The notes under the pieces: model-generated | Told to the model about the DNA's origin: nothing | What the model saw: the letters and a program-made list of their open reading frames with translations, nothing else | Database searches by the model: none | Part shown: one piece after another, positions 38,146-47,236 of the stretch | Layout: the number at the start of each line of letters is the position of its first letter | Numbering within the stretch: the stretch's first letter is position 1 | Position numbers and translations under genes: made by a program | NCBI GenBank assembly: GCA_910577155.1 | Contig: CAJTMS010000005.1 | Coordinates: 848 to 64,847 of the forward strand | Source: an uncultured Mailhella sp. | GTDB lineage: Bacteria > Desulfobacterota > Desulfovibrionia > Desulfovibrionales > Desulfovibrionaceae | Direction of reading: 5' to 3' | DNA: 64,000 nt

Positions 38146-39047
38146 TTTAAAAAGTCAAGAATATACGGCAGACTTTGTTCTTCCGGTCTAAACCATTTTA
38201 TGCGGCTGTCCGCTCTAAACCATGTCCACTGCCGCTTTGCGTAGGCACGGGTATTTTTATTCCAAAGTTCTTGACATTCCTGCAAATTATATTCCCCCAA
38301 AAGATAGCGGGCAAGTTCGATGCAGCCTATGCCTGTCCAGCCCGGAGCAGTGATATCCGGACAATTTTCAAGGGCTTTTTTCGCTTCCTCAAGAGCTCCG
38401 TTTTGGAGCATGACGTCTGTCCGTTTATAGAGAAAAGGCGTTAGTTCTGTGAGCGGCAAGCCAATGCCTATGCGTAAAACATCGTAATTAGTTTGCTGCG
38501 GAGTTATTTTATGCCAGTCGCTGAATTTTTTTCCTGTGGCGGCATAAACTTCCAGAGCACGGGCAATGCGCTGTTTGTCATTAAAATGAATTTTTTGTGC
38601 ATATTCGCTGTCTGTTTTTTGCAGTTCTTCATAAAGGAGGCAGCTTCCTTTTTCAGTTATTTCTTTGATAAAATGTTCATGGATATCTTTCGGAATATCC
38701 GGTATTGCAGCCATTCCGTCGAATAAAGCCCGGAAATAAAAGCCTGTTCCGCCCACAAGTACGGGAATTTGTTTGTTTTTCCATGCATGTTCAATTTCCG
38801 CTTTTGCCCTTTCCTGCCATTCACCTGCAGAGCTTGTTTCCTCTGTTTTTAAATAGCCAAAAAGTTTATGGGGGCAGAGGGATTTTTCTTCTTCACTTGG
38901 TTGTGCTGAAATAATGGGGAAATCTTTGTAGATCTGACGGGAATCCGTATTGATGATGCAAATGGGCAGACCGGCTTTTGCCATGGCAAGGGATTGGGCG
39001 GTTTTGCCTGCACCGGTAGGTCCCATGATACAAATAACTTTATTCAT
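38139..39047 (-). CDS. miaA: tRNA dimethylallyltransferase
   Basis: MNKVICIMGPTGAGKT (P-loop) and DSRQIYKDFPIISAQP. I trimmed the start to the ATG at 39047. Confidence 0.9.
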   Translation of the reverse strand: MNKVICIMGPTGAGKTAQSLAMAKAGLPICIINTDSRQIYKDFPIISAQPSEEEKSLCPHKLFGYLKTEETSSAGEWQERAKAEIEHAWKNKQIPVLVGGTGFYFRALFDGMAAIPDIPKDIHEHFIKEITEKGSCLLYEELQKTDSEYAQKIHFNDKQRIARALEVYAATGKKFSDWHKITPQQTNYDVLRIGIGLPLTELTPFLYKRTDVMLQNGALEEAKKALENCPDITAPGWTGIGCIELARYLLGEYNLQECQELWNKNTRAYAKRQWTWFRADSRIKWFRPEEQSLPYILDFLNT

Positions 39048-39555
39048 GCGGCTGCTGCGGTTGCTGCTGATATTTTTTGCAAAGGGCTTTCCAAACATTT
39101 GGGGGGATTAAATCTGATATATCACCGCCTAAACCGGCGACAGTTTTTAAATTGGTGGAGCTTACATACATGAGATGAAAATCAGCCATTAAAAAAATAG
39201 TCTGGATAGAAGGAGAGAGTTTTCTGTTCATGAGTGCCATTTGGAATTCATAATCAAAATCAGAAATAGCCCGCAGTCCCCGGACAATAGCAATTGCGCC
39301 GTGTTTTTGTGCGTATTCCGCCAATAAACCGTCAAAAGGTTCAACGATAATTTGCTCTTTGTACGGGGTTGTCTGAAAAAACTCATGGGTAAGCCGGACA
39401 CGCTCTTCAAGGGAAAATAAGGTGTTTTTGCCTGTATCGTTGGCAACACCCACTATAAGTTTATCCAAAAGAGGCAGGCTTCTTGTAATAATGCTTATAT
39501 GTCCGTTATGAATAGGGTCAAAGGTACCTGCATAAATACCTATTCTTTGTACCAT
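39040..39555 (-). CDS. coaD: phosphopantetheine adenylyltransferase
   Basis: GIYAGTFDPIHNGH, RGLRAISDFDYE and SSTNLK are canonical CoaD. Confidence 0.93.
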   Translation of the reverse strand: MVQRIGIYAGTFDPIHNGHISIITRSLPLLDKLIVGVANDTGKNTLFSLEERVRLTHEFFQTTPYKEQIIVEPFDGLLAEYAQKHGAIAIVRGLRAISDFDYEFQMALMNRKLSPSIQTIFLMADFHLMYVSSTNLKTVAGLGGDISDLIPPNVWKALCKKYQQQPQQPHE

Positions 39556-40097
39556 ATAATTATCCTTGTAGAACCATAATTTCTGTCCAGTTCAAGAGTA
39601 AGTCCCTCAAAGCTGTCTGTGTTCAGTTTGCTGTGCTTTTCTACTTCTGCAATAACAAATGCCCCGTCCTCAAGCCATTCTCGGCGAAGAAGATTTTTGA
39701 GGGTTTGGGGCAAAACATTTTCCGCATAGGGCGGGTCGATGAAAACCACAGAAACGGTTTCCGCAGGTCTTTTTCCTGCGTATTTAATGGCGTCTTCCGT
39801 GGCGATAATACATTTTTCGCTGATACCCAAGGTACTTGCATTTTTTGCAATGCAGGCAGAGGCTTTTGGGTCTTTTTCCACAAAATAGGCTTTTTGTGCA
39901 CCACGGCTTATGGCTTCAAACGCCAAAGAGCCGCTGCCTGCATATAAATCTAAAATAATGCTTTCAGCCCAAATAACTCCTCGGGCTTCAAGCAGGGAAA
40001 AGAGGGATTCTCTCACTTTTCCCATTGCGGGTCTATATCCGGGACCACTCACGGTTTTTAAGGTGCGTCCTTTCAAAGCACCGGCAATAATTTTCAT
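39540..40097 (-). CDS. rsmD: 16S rRNA (guanine966-N2)-methyltransferase
   Basis: MKIIAGALKGRTLK..., LDLYAGSGSLAFEA and FIDPPY are canonical RsmD. Confidence 0.88.
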   Translation of the reverse strand: MKIIAGALKGRTLKTVSGPGYRPAMGKVRESLFSLLEARGVIWAESIILDLYAGSGSLAFEAISRGAQKAYFVEKDPKASACIAKNASTLGISEKCIIATEDAIKYAGKRPAETVSVVFIDPPYAENVLPQTLKNLLRREWLEDGAFVIAEVEKHSKLNTDSFEGLTLELDRNYGSTRIIIWYKE

Positions 40098-40117
40098 ATA
40101 CTTCCTAAAATGTCCCT

Positions 40118-41737
40118 TTATAACTGGGCGATAAGCTTGTAAATATCGTTATTGAGCTTTGCAACCTTATCATGGATTTCAGTTTGGTCTTCCCATGCGA
40201 GTGAATCAACATTATTAAGCTTGTGATGGAGCTGCTTGAGACGGAAATCAAGATCATCAAAGATGAATTGCCAATCGAGTTTTGGCATGGTGTGCTTAGC
40301 AAGAGTCATAACAGCCTGTTCTTCATCGCTCGCTTTGGCAGTCAGTTCAAGTTCGTCCAAATAAGCAGGAATAATGGTATTCAAATCAAATTTTTGTTTG
40401 ATAAGTTTTCCCAGCTCTTCTTGGGATTCTTTTTCCCCGTGGACGAGGATAATTTGCGGATGGCATTTTGCAATGGCGCTCACCCATTCGAGGAGCTGTT
40501 TTTGACCTGCGTGTGCAGAAAAACCGTTAATAGTGAAAATTTTTGCTGACACATTCAAATCATTATTCATAATGTTAACAGTGGAAGCACCTTCAACAAT
40601 TTTACGTCCAAGGGTACCGACAGCCTGAAAGCCTACAAAAACAATAGATGTTTCCGGACGCCAAATATTGTGTTTTAAATGGTGTTTGATACGCCCTGCG
40701 TTACACATGCCGCTTGCAGAAAGAATAATCATTGGTCCGTCCATGGCGTTCAGAGCCTGTGATTCTTCTGTTCCTAAGGTGTAATTAATTGCAAAGCCAA
40801 AATCGACAATAGGCGGTAAATCGTCTTTTATTTCAGGAAGATCAAGGTCATTTTTATATTTTTCAAAAACTTCCGTTGCTTTAATTGCTAAAGGGCTGTC
40901 CAGATAAATCGGCATATCATGCGGTAATTTTCCTTCACGGTAGAGCAAAAAGAGGCAATAAATAATTTCCTGTGCTCTTTCAACCGCAAAGGTCGGGATA
41001 ATAACTTTACCGCCTAATTTGTAGCTGCGGTTAATGGCTTTGGAAAGTTCTTCAAGGCTGTTTTCATCATCCTTGTGGTTTCTGTTGCCATATGTAGATT
41101 CAAGGAACAGATAATCGGTTTTTTCAAGTGGCTGCGGGTCATGCAAAAGCATATTTTCATGTCTGCCAAGGTCACCGGAAAATGTCAGACGCTTTGTTTC
41201 ACCGTTTTCAGTAATATCAATAACAATAAAGGCAGCACCCAATATATGGGCAGCGTATTTATAGGTAACTTTAATATTGGGGACAGGTTCAAAGGTTTTA
41301 TTAAATTCAACAGGAGAAAATTGTTTTAAACAAGCTTGCGCTTCTTCAAGACTGTACAAAAGGTCGTCGTCTTTTTTCTTTTTCCCTTTTCTTTTTCTTT
41401 GTTTTTCACGCCAAGTATATTCCATTTCCTGAATGTGGGCACTATCTTCAAGCATGAGGGAAACAAAATCAAGGGTCGGAGCAGTGCAGTAAACAGTTCC
41501 TTTAAATCCATTGGCAGCAATACGGGGAATAAGACCTGAATGGTCGATATGGGCATGGGTCAGCAAAATAAAATCTAAAGAATCAGGTCGGTAAAGCTCG
41601 GAATTAAAGTTTCTGTCTTCAATAGCTTTGTTACCTTGGTGCATTCCGCAGTCAATGGCAAATCTGTGACCTGCCGCTTCGACGATATGGCAGGAACCCG
41701 TAACTGTTTGGGCAGCACCTAAAAATTGTACTTTCAT
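40118..41737 (-). CDS. MBL-fold beta-CASP ribonuclease-like hydrolase
   Basis: LTHAHIDHSG, beta-CASP and RMMBL regions (ESTYG, GFSAHAG, LVHGE), plus an approximately 90-aa coiled-coil-like C-terminal extension. Confidence 0.85.
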   Translation of the reverse strand: MKVQFLGAAQTVTGSCHIVEAAGHRFAIDCGMHQGNKAIEDRNFNSELYRPDSLDFILLTHAHIDHSGLIPRIAANGFKGTVYCTAPTLDFVSLMLEDSAHIQEMEYTWREKQRKRKGKKKKDDDLLYSLEEAQACLKQFSPVEFNKTFEPVPNIKVTYKYAAHILGAAFIVIDITENGETKRLTFSGDLGRHENMLLHDPQPLEKTDYLFLESTYGNRNHKDDENSLEELSKAINRSYKLGGKVIIPTFAVERAQEIIYCLFLLYREGKLPHDMPIYLDSPLAIKATEVFEKYKNDLDLPEIKDDLPPIVDFGFAINYTLGTEESQALNAMDGPMIILSASGMCNAGRIKHHLKHNIWRPETSIVFVGFQAVGTLGRKIVEGASTVNIMNNDLNVSAKIFTINGFSAHAGQKQLLEWVSAIAKCHPQIILVHGEKESQEELGKLIKQKFDLNTIIPAYLDELELTAKASDEEQAVMTLAKHTMPKLDWQFIFDDLDFRLKQLHHKLNNVDSLAWEDQTEIHDKVAKLNNDIYKLIAQL

Positions 41738-41895
41738 AAAACCTCACTTTAATTAATGCGTTAAGGATTATTACTTTTTTTTATCATATGCTTTTTTTTG
41801 GACTTTGGAAAGTGTTTTACAAAAAAATTAAAATTTGATTGATTTTTTTTATTTTTTTTTCTATGATAAAAAAAATACAAAGGAGAGGTGTTATT

Positions 41896-42570
41896 ATGTT
41901 TAGACATCAATTTCAGGGTGAAAATGATATTAATATGGAATCTTGGCGCGTGTTTAGAATGCTGGGAGAACTTGTTGACGGGATTGATACATTAAAAGAT
42001 CTTCCTCCCTGCGTATCTATTTTTGGCTCAGCCCGGTCCCAAGAAACAGACCCGCTGTATCAAGCAGCCAGAACTATTGCAAAACAAGTGACAGAATTAG
42101 GCTGCGGCGTTATCACAGGCGGTGGTCCAGGCTACATGGAAGCCGGTAACAGAGGTGCAAAAGAAGCAAAAGGTGTTTCTGTCGGCTTGCATATCGAATT
42201 GCCTCATGAACAGGAGCCTAATCCGTTCCTTACTCTTCGCTGTAATTTCAGATACTTCTTCCTGCGTAAGCTTATGTTCGTAAAATATGCCTTCGCCTTT
42301 GTTGTTATGCCCGGCGGTTTTGGTACCCTTGATGAACTTTTTGAAGCTGCTGTTTTGGTTCAAACACATAAAATCAGCAAATTCCCCATTATTTTATATG
42401 ACAGCAACTACTGGAAAGGTATGATTGACTGGGTTCGCGCACAAATGGTTACCCGCGGATATTTGAGAGAAGAAGAAATTGATATGTTCACAATCTGCGA
42501 CACCCCTGAAGAAGTAATGAGCGTTATCAAGGATTACAGAGCATTAGAAAAGAACTACAGACAAATGTAA
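41896..42570 (+). CDS. LOG-family (TIGR00730) nucleotide phosphoribohydrolase
   Basis: GGGPGYMEA and PGGFGTLDELFE motifs. The ATG at 41896 is preceded by AAGGAGAGG. Confidence 0.85.
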   Translation: MFRHQFQGENDINMESWRVFRMLGELVDGIDTLKDLPPCVSIFGSARSQETDPLYQAARTIAKQVTELGCGVITGGGPGYMEAGNRGAKEAKGVSVGLHIELPHEQEPNPFLTLRCNFRYFFLRKLMFVKYAFAFVVMPGGFGTLDELFEAAVLVQTHKISKFPIILYDSNYWKGMIDWVRAQMVTRGYLREEEIDMFTICDTPEEVMSVIKDYRALEKNYRQM

Positions 42571-42577
42571 AAGCTAC

Positions 42578-43090
42578 ATGCAAGAACATGATTTTGTGAC
42601 TGCAAAAACATGGGGACCCGTTCCAAAAGCTCCGCATGGGTATACATGGGAACAGCTCATGGAATTGGCTCTTGCTGAGGCAAGAGCCGGAGCGAAAGCA
42701 GGAGAAATCCCCGTGGGTGCCCTTGTGTGCGATATGCAGGGAACAATTTTAGCTGCGGCACATAATGCGAGTATCAAAGAAAATGATCCCACTGCCCATG
42801 CTGAAATTGCAGCCCTTCGAATAGCAGGGAAAAAACGGAAAAACTACCGTTTATCCGACTGTGTGCTTGTGGTGACATTAGAGCCATGCATAATGTGCAT
42901 GGGGGCAATCCGTGAGGCACGGCTTGCCGGTCTTGTATATGGTGCATACGATAAAAGAGCCGGAGCAATTTGTTCTTGTTATGAAGGACTGAATTGTCCT
43001 GCTCTTGGTGTTAATACATGGCATTATGGCGGGGTTCTGGCTGATGATGCCATAGCCCTTTTACAAAAATTTTTTAAGGAAAAGCGATAG
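42578..43090 (+). CDS. tadA: tRNA adenosine(34) deaminase
   Basis: CDA zinc motifs HAE and PCIMC. Confidence 0.9.
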   Translation: MQEHDFVTAKTWGPVPKAPHGYTWEQLMELALAEARAGAKAGEIPVGALVCDMQGTILAAAHNASIKENDPTAHAEIAALRIAGKKRKNYRLSDCVLVVTLEPCIMCMGAIREARLAGLVYGAYDKRAGAICSCYEGLNCPALGVNTWHYGGVLADDAIALLQKFFKEKR

Positions 43091-43091
43091 A

Positions 43092-43391
43092 ATGAGCAGT
43101 ACTATTGATGAAATTACAATAAATTATGAAGAAGACGGAGTTTTACTGGTAAAAGAAGTTGATAAAGAAATTTTATCAAAGGGCTTAAATACAACGATTT
43201 TCTTTCGCTATAAAGAATATATTGCTGATGCGGACGACTACGGTCCTGATAAATTTACCATTCGCCGTTATAAAAAAATTGGCGGTGAATTCCGTCAGCA
43301 GGCAAAGTTTAATATTTCCAGTGTCCGTCAGGGAAAAATTATTGCTGAAACATTGACACGCTGGATAAAAGAAGTGGAAGCAGAAGAATAA
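43092..43391 (+). CDS. hypothetical protein
   Basis: 99-aa ORF that starts 1 nt after the tadA stop. No motif recognised. Confidence 0.55.
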   Translation: MSSTIDEITINYEEDGVLLVKEVDKEILSKGLNTTIFFRYKEYIADADDYGPDKFTIRRYKKIGGEFRQQAKFNISSVRQGKIIAETLTRWIKEVEAEE

Positions 43392-43474
43392 TTTTTTGGA
43401 TTTTACAAAAATAAAAATGAACATAGCACCGGCTTCAAGCCATAAATATTAACGCTCCTCTTTTTTGTTCTGTT

Positions 43475-44230
43475 ATGACATTGTATAATAAAGCAGAAAT
43501 ACGCCTTGTAAAATCGCTCATGGAAGATTGGTGGCGGCGCGGCTCACAGGTTTTGCACCTTGGGCTGCATTCTTCTGTTTATCCGGAATTTTTTTGGGAC
43601 AGCGGGCTCGATGTCACCGTGTGCGAAGAAAATCATCTTGCTGCTGAAGAAGCACGCAAGCGTTCCGGACCAAGAATTTCCTATCAGATTGGCAAGGCTG
43701 ATTATTTGCCCTTTGAAGATGACAGCTTTGAATACGCTTTTTTTTCTTTGTATGCCTGTTCGGTATATTATGATAAATACGGTATCTCAACGTGTTTGCA
43801 GCAAAATTGTTTTTTTGAGAAAATTTTGCCGGAACTTTGCCGGGTGACACAGCGCAGTATAATTATCCTTGCAAAAAATAATTTTTCTTGGAACAGGGCA
43901 AAATGTCAGGGAAAATTTTATAATCCCTATAGCTTATGGCGAGAATGTAAATCTTGGTGCTCCAATGAACAAAAAGAACAAAGGGGGCGTGTTCGCTTTG
44001 CGAGTACCGGTTTTGTGCCCCGTTTTATGCTGCCTCTCATGCCTAAAAAATTGGATTTTTTAAACTGTTCTGTTTCCTATTTGCCCTTTGGTGCTTTGAT
44101 AGGCTATAATTTGACGTTTAATGCTCCGCCTGTGACAGGGATCGGGGAATTCATCAAAAAAGAACAGCGAAAATTAGAGCAGATGTCTTGTATACAGCGG
44201 AACAGTTCGTTTCAAAATATGAAAAAATAA
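43475..44230 (+). CDS. methyltransferase-fold protein with a degenerate SAM-binding loop
   Basis: Methyltransf_11-like layout (ADYLPFEDDSFEYAFF), but motif I reads VLHLGLHSS instead of VLDxGxGxG. No SD is visible. Confidence 0.55.
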   Translation: MTLYNKAEIRLVKSLMEDWWRRGSQVLHLGLHSSVYPEFFWDSGLDVTVCEENHLAAEEARKRSGPRISYQIGKADYLPFEDDSFEYAFFSLYACSVYYDKYGISTCLQQNCFFEKILPELCRVTQRSIIILAKNNFSWNRAKCQGKFYNPYSLWRECKSWCSNEQKEQRGRVRFASTGFVPRFMLPLMPKKLDFLNCSVSYLPFGALIGYNLTFNAPPVTGIGEFIKKEQRKLEQMSCIQRNSSFQNMKK

Positions 44231-44308
44231 TGTTTTATCATAGATACGGGTGATTTTATATTGCGTAGGGTTAATGACAAAAATTTTTGGTCAATCTTTT
44301 TTTATGGG

Positions 44309-44369
44309 GGAAATGAATTATCTTTGCTGTCACTATCCGCAGAGCTTGTTCACTCGCTGACGGCTGCCG
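44309..44369. repeat. left inverted repeat flanking the creD-like gene
   Basis: GGAAATGAATTATCTTTGCT (44309-44328) and TCGCTGACGGCTGCCG (44354-44369) both recur as reverse complements at 46126-46144 and 45927-45942. Confidence 0.45.
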
Positions 44370-44507
44370 TTCATACCCCTCACCTTTTATTCCAAAAAAC
44401 AAGAGTTATATGCTGTAAATGAAGGAATAACAGGTAGTTATCAGCCACTTTCTTTAACAGAGCGAAAAAGAAAAGTAAAAAAATTCTCTCAAAAAAGAGG
44501 AAGATAT

Positions 44508-45817
44508 ATGATTAATTTAAAAACCAATAACTCTCTTGTAAAAAAAATAGGCTTTCTTTTTATTCTTACTCTTTTATTGCAGCTGCCCGTATATTTTATT
44601 AACTAGTTGATGACAGAGAATATTCCTATCGCAATATGACAGAAGAGCTTGGAAAAGAATGGGGAAGAAAACAAACTATTGCAGGAGTTTTTTTGATGGT
44701 GCCTGTTTATAGTCTGGAAAAATATTATGACGATGAGCTGGAAAAGGAAGACAAACGGTACGTTACAAGAAAATTAGTCATACTTCCTGAGGAGTTAAAC
44801 GTAAAAATTCATTTAAACGATGAAGTGCGGCAAAGAGGAATATACAAAACGGCTGTTTATACTGCAGATATTATTCTATCGGGAACTTTTCCAAGTATAA
44901 CACTTCCTGATGGTGATGTTCCTGAGAATCTTGAGGCAGGACTTGGGATAAGAGATACAAAATCCATTATGAAGATTGAAGAGTTTATTATTGAGGAAGA
45001 AAATATAGAGCTTGAATCAGGAACCGGGCTGAAAGCGTATGGAATGAATACCGGTATTTCAGGAGCTATAAAACAGGACCTTAATCGGGCGGAAAAAATC
45101 CGTTTTTCTGTAAAATTAAGTTTAAGAGGAAGTGAGGGGATAGATATTCTTCCTTTTGGAAAGAATAATCATTTTGAAATAAGCTCACCTTGGAAATCTC
45201 CAAAGTTTTATGGCATCTTGCCCAATTCAAAAATCATAGATGAAACAGGGTTTAAAGCTGAATGGGAAGTCTCTTCCTTTGTCAGAAATTATAAGCAAGT
45301 TTTAGGAGGCGGCTCATCTAATGAAATCCTCTCTAATGAGATCCGCGAAGTGAAAATCGGAGTGGATTTGTATGAGGGAGTTACCCATTACAGACAAGTG
45401 ATGAGGGCTGTAAAATACAGCATGCTTTTTATCATGTTAAGCCTTTTTGTCGTCTATTGTTTTGAAGTAATCAGCAAACGTTTTACGCATTATGTCCAGT
45501 ATGGCGTTGTTGGATTTTCACTGACACTGTTTTATTTGGTTTTACTTTCCATGTCGGAATATTTCAGCTTTGGTATGGCATACATTATAGCTGCTTTAAT
45601 GGTTATCATTCCAAATTCGTTGTATATAAAAGCCGTTACAGCCAATGATAAATACGGATTGGGAATGTTTGTCTTTTTATCAGGAATATACGCAGTCTTG
45701 TATTCTATTTTAAAAATGGAGCAATACGCGCTTATGACAGGAACACTTTTATTGGTCATAGTTCTCTATGTCATTATGTATCTGACAAGACATATTGAAA
45801 TTATTGAAGAAAAATAG
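44508..45817 (+). pseudogene. creD: creD-like inner membrane protein gene, interrupted by a frameshift
   Basis: 44508-44606 encodes the first TM helix (MINLKTNNSLVKKIGFLFILTLLLQLPVYFIN*). The main frame is open from 44603 (LVDDREYSYRNMTEELGKEW...) and is collinear with E. coli CreD through the C-terminal TM bundle. The frames differ by one base near 44592-44603. Confidence 0.7.
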
Positions 45818-45926
45818 GGTATTTCCACCTTGATATTCAAAATATTAATATCTCGTCAGTATATATTAAAATTGACGCCGCAATGGCGGCAAAATCATTT
45901 CTCTTATGCCGAGTTTACGAGGCTTG

Positions 45927-46144
45927 CGGCAGCCGTCAGCGAAGAACGGCTTTACGATAGAACACTTCCGTATGACATTCGGAACACACCAATGAGATTT
46001 ATAATATTTTTTATTTTTCTTGGGGGAAATGATTTCCCCCAATCCCCCTCAATGCTGTTATAAATAATATTCATAACAGGGAAAATATTTTTCATTCTTA
46101 ATGTTAACCGGAAACGCTTTAGCGGAGCAGAGATAATCATTTCC
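45927..46144. repeat. right inverted repeat flanking the creD-like gene (interrupted)
   Basis: CGGCAGCCGTCAGCGA (45927-45942) and AGCAGAGATAATCATTTCC (46126-46144) are reverse complements of the left-repeat blocks. They are 183 nt apart here versus 25 nt on the left. Confidence 0.45.
45961..46036. repeat. intergenic repeat element, copy B
   Basis: GACATTCGGAACACACCAATGAG (45974-45996) and GGGGGAAATGATTTC (46022-46036) match copy A. The second block extends to the near-palindrome GGGGGAAATGATTTCCCCC (46022-46040). Confidence 0.5.
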
Positions 46145-46195
46145 ATCATGAAAAGACAAAAGCCGGAAATGCACGCAGGAAAAACAATTTTATTT

Positions 46196-47236
46196 TTAAA
46201 ATGCCTTTATCTGAATGGCTGAATGGTATTCTTTGAGGATATCCCAGAGAAATTGCTGCTGACAGCTTGCTTTGAGAACAGCAAGTACTTCCCCCGCATT
46301 ATTGACTTCTTCATTAATTCCTAAAAATTGGCAAAGGTACTGCAAAAGCGGGGCGGGGTCTGGTTCACGTGCACGTATGCTTTTCAGACTTTGGCTTGCA
46401 TGACGTTTGGCGAGGCGTTCACCTTTCTCGTCAAGAAGCAGAGGAATATGGGCATAGTGCGGAACTTGGTAACCAAGCAAATGAAAGAGATAAAGCTGCC
46501 GCGGGGTGGAGGTGAGAATATCTGCTCCCCGAACAACTTGATTGATACCCATGCACATATCATCTATGCTCACAGCAAATTGGTATGCCCAGACTTTGTC
46601 GGAACGCTGCAGGGCAAAATCGCCCCCGCAGGCATTTAAATCAAATTCTTGTTTGCCCAGAACCAAATCATTGAAAGAAAAAACAGGGGAAAGGGTAAAT
46701 ATTTCCTTAGGAATAGTCTTTTCTTCGATCCTTTCAAACGGAGGGCAGGCAAGGCGCAGACAGGCATTTTTATCCTTATTTTTTTGCCGTTCTTCAGCAG
46801 ATAAAAAACGGCAGGTTCTGTGATACACAGCTCCCATATCCGGCATAATAAGCCTGTTGCTCGGCGTTATGATTTGCGGAGCGCCTGCAAGTTCCCGCAA
46901 TTCTTTTCGCGTACAAAAACAGGGATAAACAAAATTTTTCAGCTTCTCCAAATACTGTTCATAGATTGAAAATCGTTTGCTTTGAAAAATGATTTCTCCG
47001 TCATAATCAATACCCAGCCATGCAAAATCTTCCAGAACAGCGTCCGTAAATTCCGGTTTGGAGCGTGCCGGATCAATATCTTCCATACGTAAATATATTT
47101 TGCCGCCCTCTAAACGGGCAGAAAGCCATGCCAGCAAAAAAGACCATGCATTGCCAAGATGCAAATAGCCGGTTGGGCTTGGTGCCAAGCGTCCAATAAC
47201 TTGTGCTGCGTGTTTGTCCCGTGTTTGTTCCTGCAT
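46196..47236 (-). CDS. gluQ: glutamyl-Q tRNA(Asp) synthetase
   Basis: GRLAPSPTGYLHLGN (HIGH-type) and a truncated GluRS catalytic domain without an anticodon-binding domain. Confidence 0.88.
   Translation of the reverse strand: MQEQTRDKHAAQVIGRLAPSPTGYLHLGNAWSFLLAWLSARLEGGKIYLRMEDIDPARSKPEFTDAVLEDFAWLGIDYDGEIIFQSKRFSIYEQYLEKLKNFVYPCFCTRKELRELAGAPQIITPSNRLIMPDMGAVYHRTCRFLSAEERQKNKDKNACLRLACPPFERIEEKTIPKEIFTLSPVFSFNDLVLGKQEFDLNACGGDFALQRSDKVWAYQFAVSIDDMCMGINQVVRGADILTSTPRQLYLFHLLGYQVPHYAHIPLLLDEKGERLAKRHASQSLKSIRAREPDPAPLLQYLCQFLGINEEVNNAGEVLAVLKASCQQQFLWDILKEYHSAIQIKAF

Noticed and set aside
44309-46144. The idea that the repeat-flanked creD unit is an integron gene cassette with an attC site.
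   Set aside because: I found no GTTRRRY core sites at the repeat ends, no intI gene, and the repeat geometry (two blocks on each side) does not match the attC R''-L''/L'-R' layout.
45830-46149. The ORFs at 45830-46063 (+, 77 aa) and 45952-46149 (-, 65 aa) lie downstream of creD.
   Set aside because: Neither has an SD. The first starts at TTG, both lie entirely within repeat or hairpin DNA, and neither shows recognisable similarity. I treated them as non-coding repeat sequence.
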